In this document: piece after piece, positions 42,262 to 42,466 of the stretch
How positions within the stretch are numbered: the stretch's first letter is position 1
Layout of the letters: every line of letters starts with the position of its first letter
Virus record (IMG/VR): IMGVR_UViG_3300045988_079499
From: a virus
DNA length: 42,466 nucleotides
Strand: one strand, 5' to 3'
The notes under the pieces: generated by a model
Told to the model about the DNA's origin: nothing
What the model saw: only the letters and a program-made list of their open reading frames with translations
Databases searched by the model: none
Made by a program: the position numbers and the translations under genes

Positions 42262-42466
42262 ACTATCAATACAAGCTACAGGTAAACATGAAATACAGTT
42301 CATTGGTTACGAAAAAACACTTGAAGACGTAAGGAGGTTAGCTGAACGAATGAAAGAACAAGAAGTGAATGAGGAAAACATTATAGAGAATAAAAAACTT
42401 CTTGCTGAAATTCGTAAAGAAATTAAAAAATTAGATTCAGAACGATTAGCGGTTAAGCGTGAAATC
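42251..42466 (+). CDS. 5' portion of the wrap-around CDS that continues at 100..693
   Basis: ATG at 42251. The frame runs without a stop to the window end and into position 1. Confidence 0.6.
   Translation, partial: MAFELSIQATGKHEIQFIGYEKTLEDVRRLAERMKEQEVNEENIIENKKLLAEIRKEIKKLDSERLAVKREI
42368..42466. repeat. Second copy of the 99-bp terminal repeat
   Basis: Exact duplicate of 1..99. Confidence 0.9.

Overview
The window is a complete, circularly permuted genome of a cos-type, HK97-like siphovirus. Its host is a low-GC Gram-positive bacterium, probably one of the Lactobacillales; the exact host cannot be told from sequence alone. Positions 1..99 are identical to 42368..42466, so the unique length is 42,367 bp. 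One CDS wraps across this junction. No integrase or CI/Cro-like repressor is recognisable, so the phage is probably virulent.

The + strand (31619 -> end -> 1 -> 7174) carries early and replication genes: many small ORFs, a P4/D5-type primase-helicase, a VRR-NUC nuclease, an SNF2 helicase, an AEP PrimPol, an MBL-fold hydrolase, a gp2.5-like SSB, a family-B DNA polymerase, a frameshifted Dam methylase, an NrdH-like redoxin, a deoxynucleoside kinase, and three HNH homing-endonuclease-like genes.

The - strand (31136 -> 7252) carries the late module: a terminase-associated HNH, terS (P27 family), terL, portal, prohead protease, major capsid, connector proteins, major tail, gpG/GT with a -1 frameshift, TMP, Dit, Tal, a collagen-repeat RBP, and an XhlA/holin/amidase lysis cassette.

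The strands converge at a bidirectional terminator (7223..7250) and diverge at a 480-bp dyad-symmetric, iteron-rich control/ori-like region (31137..31618).

The main signals not explained by coding features are these:
- A GC-rich, ORF-free, hairpin-rich ~375-nt element between terS and terL that ends in a strong - strand terminator. It is a candidate structured ncRNA.
- A conserved early promoter-leader cassette (TTGACA-17-TATACT-TAATTCATAAG(T/A)TAAGAGGAGGA) reused about 8 times, including once inside the late module directly upstream of terL.
- A late module cut into about 10 units by hairpin terminators, each followed by an extended -10 (TGnTATAAT) promoter.
- 36-bp direct repeats bracketing the lysis cassette.
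- A GC-rich candidate cos region between HNH and terS.
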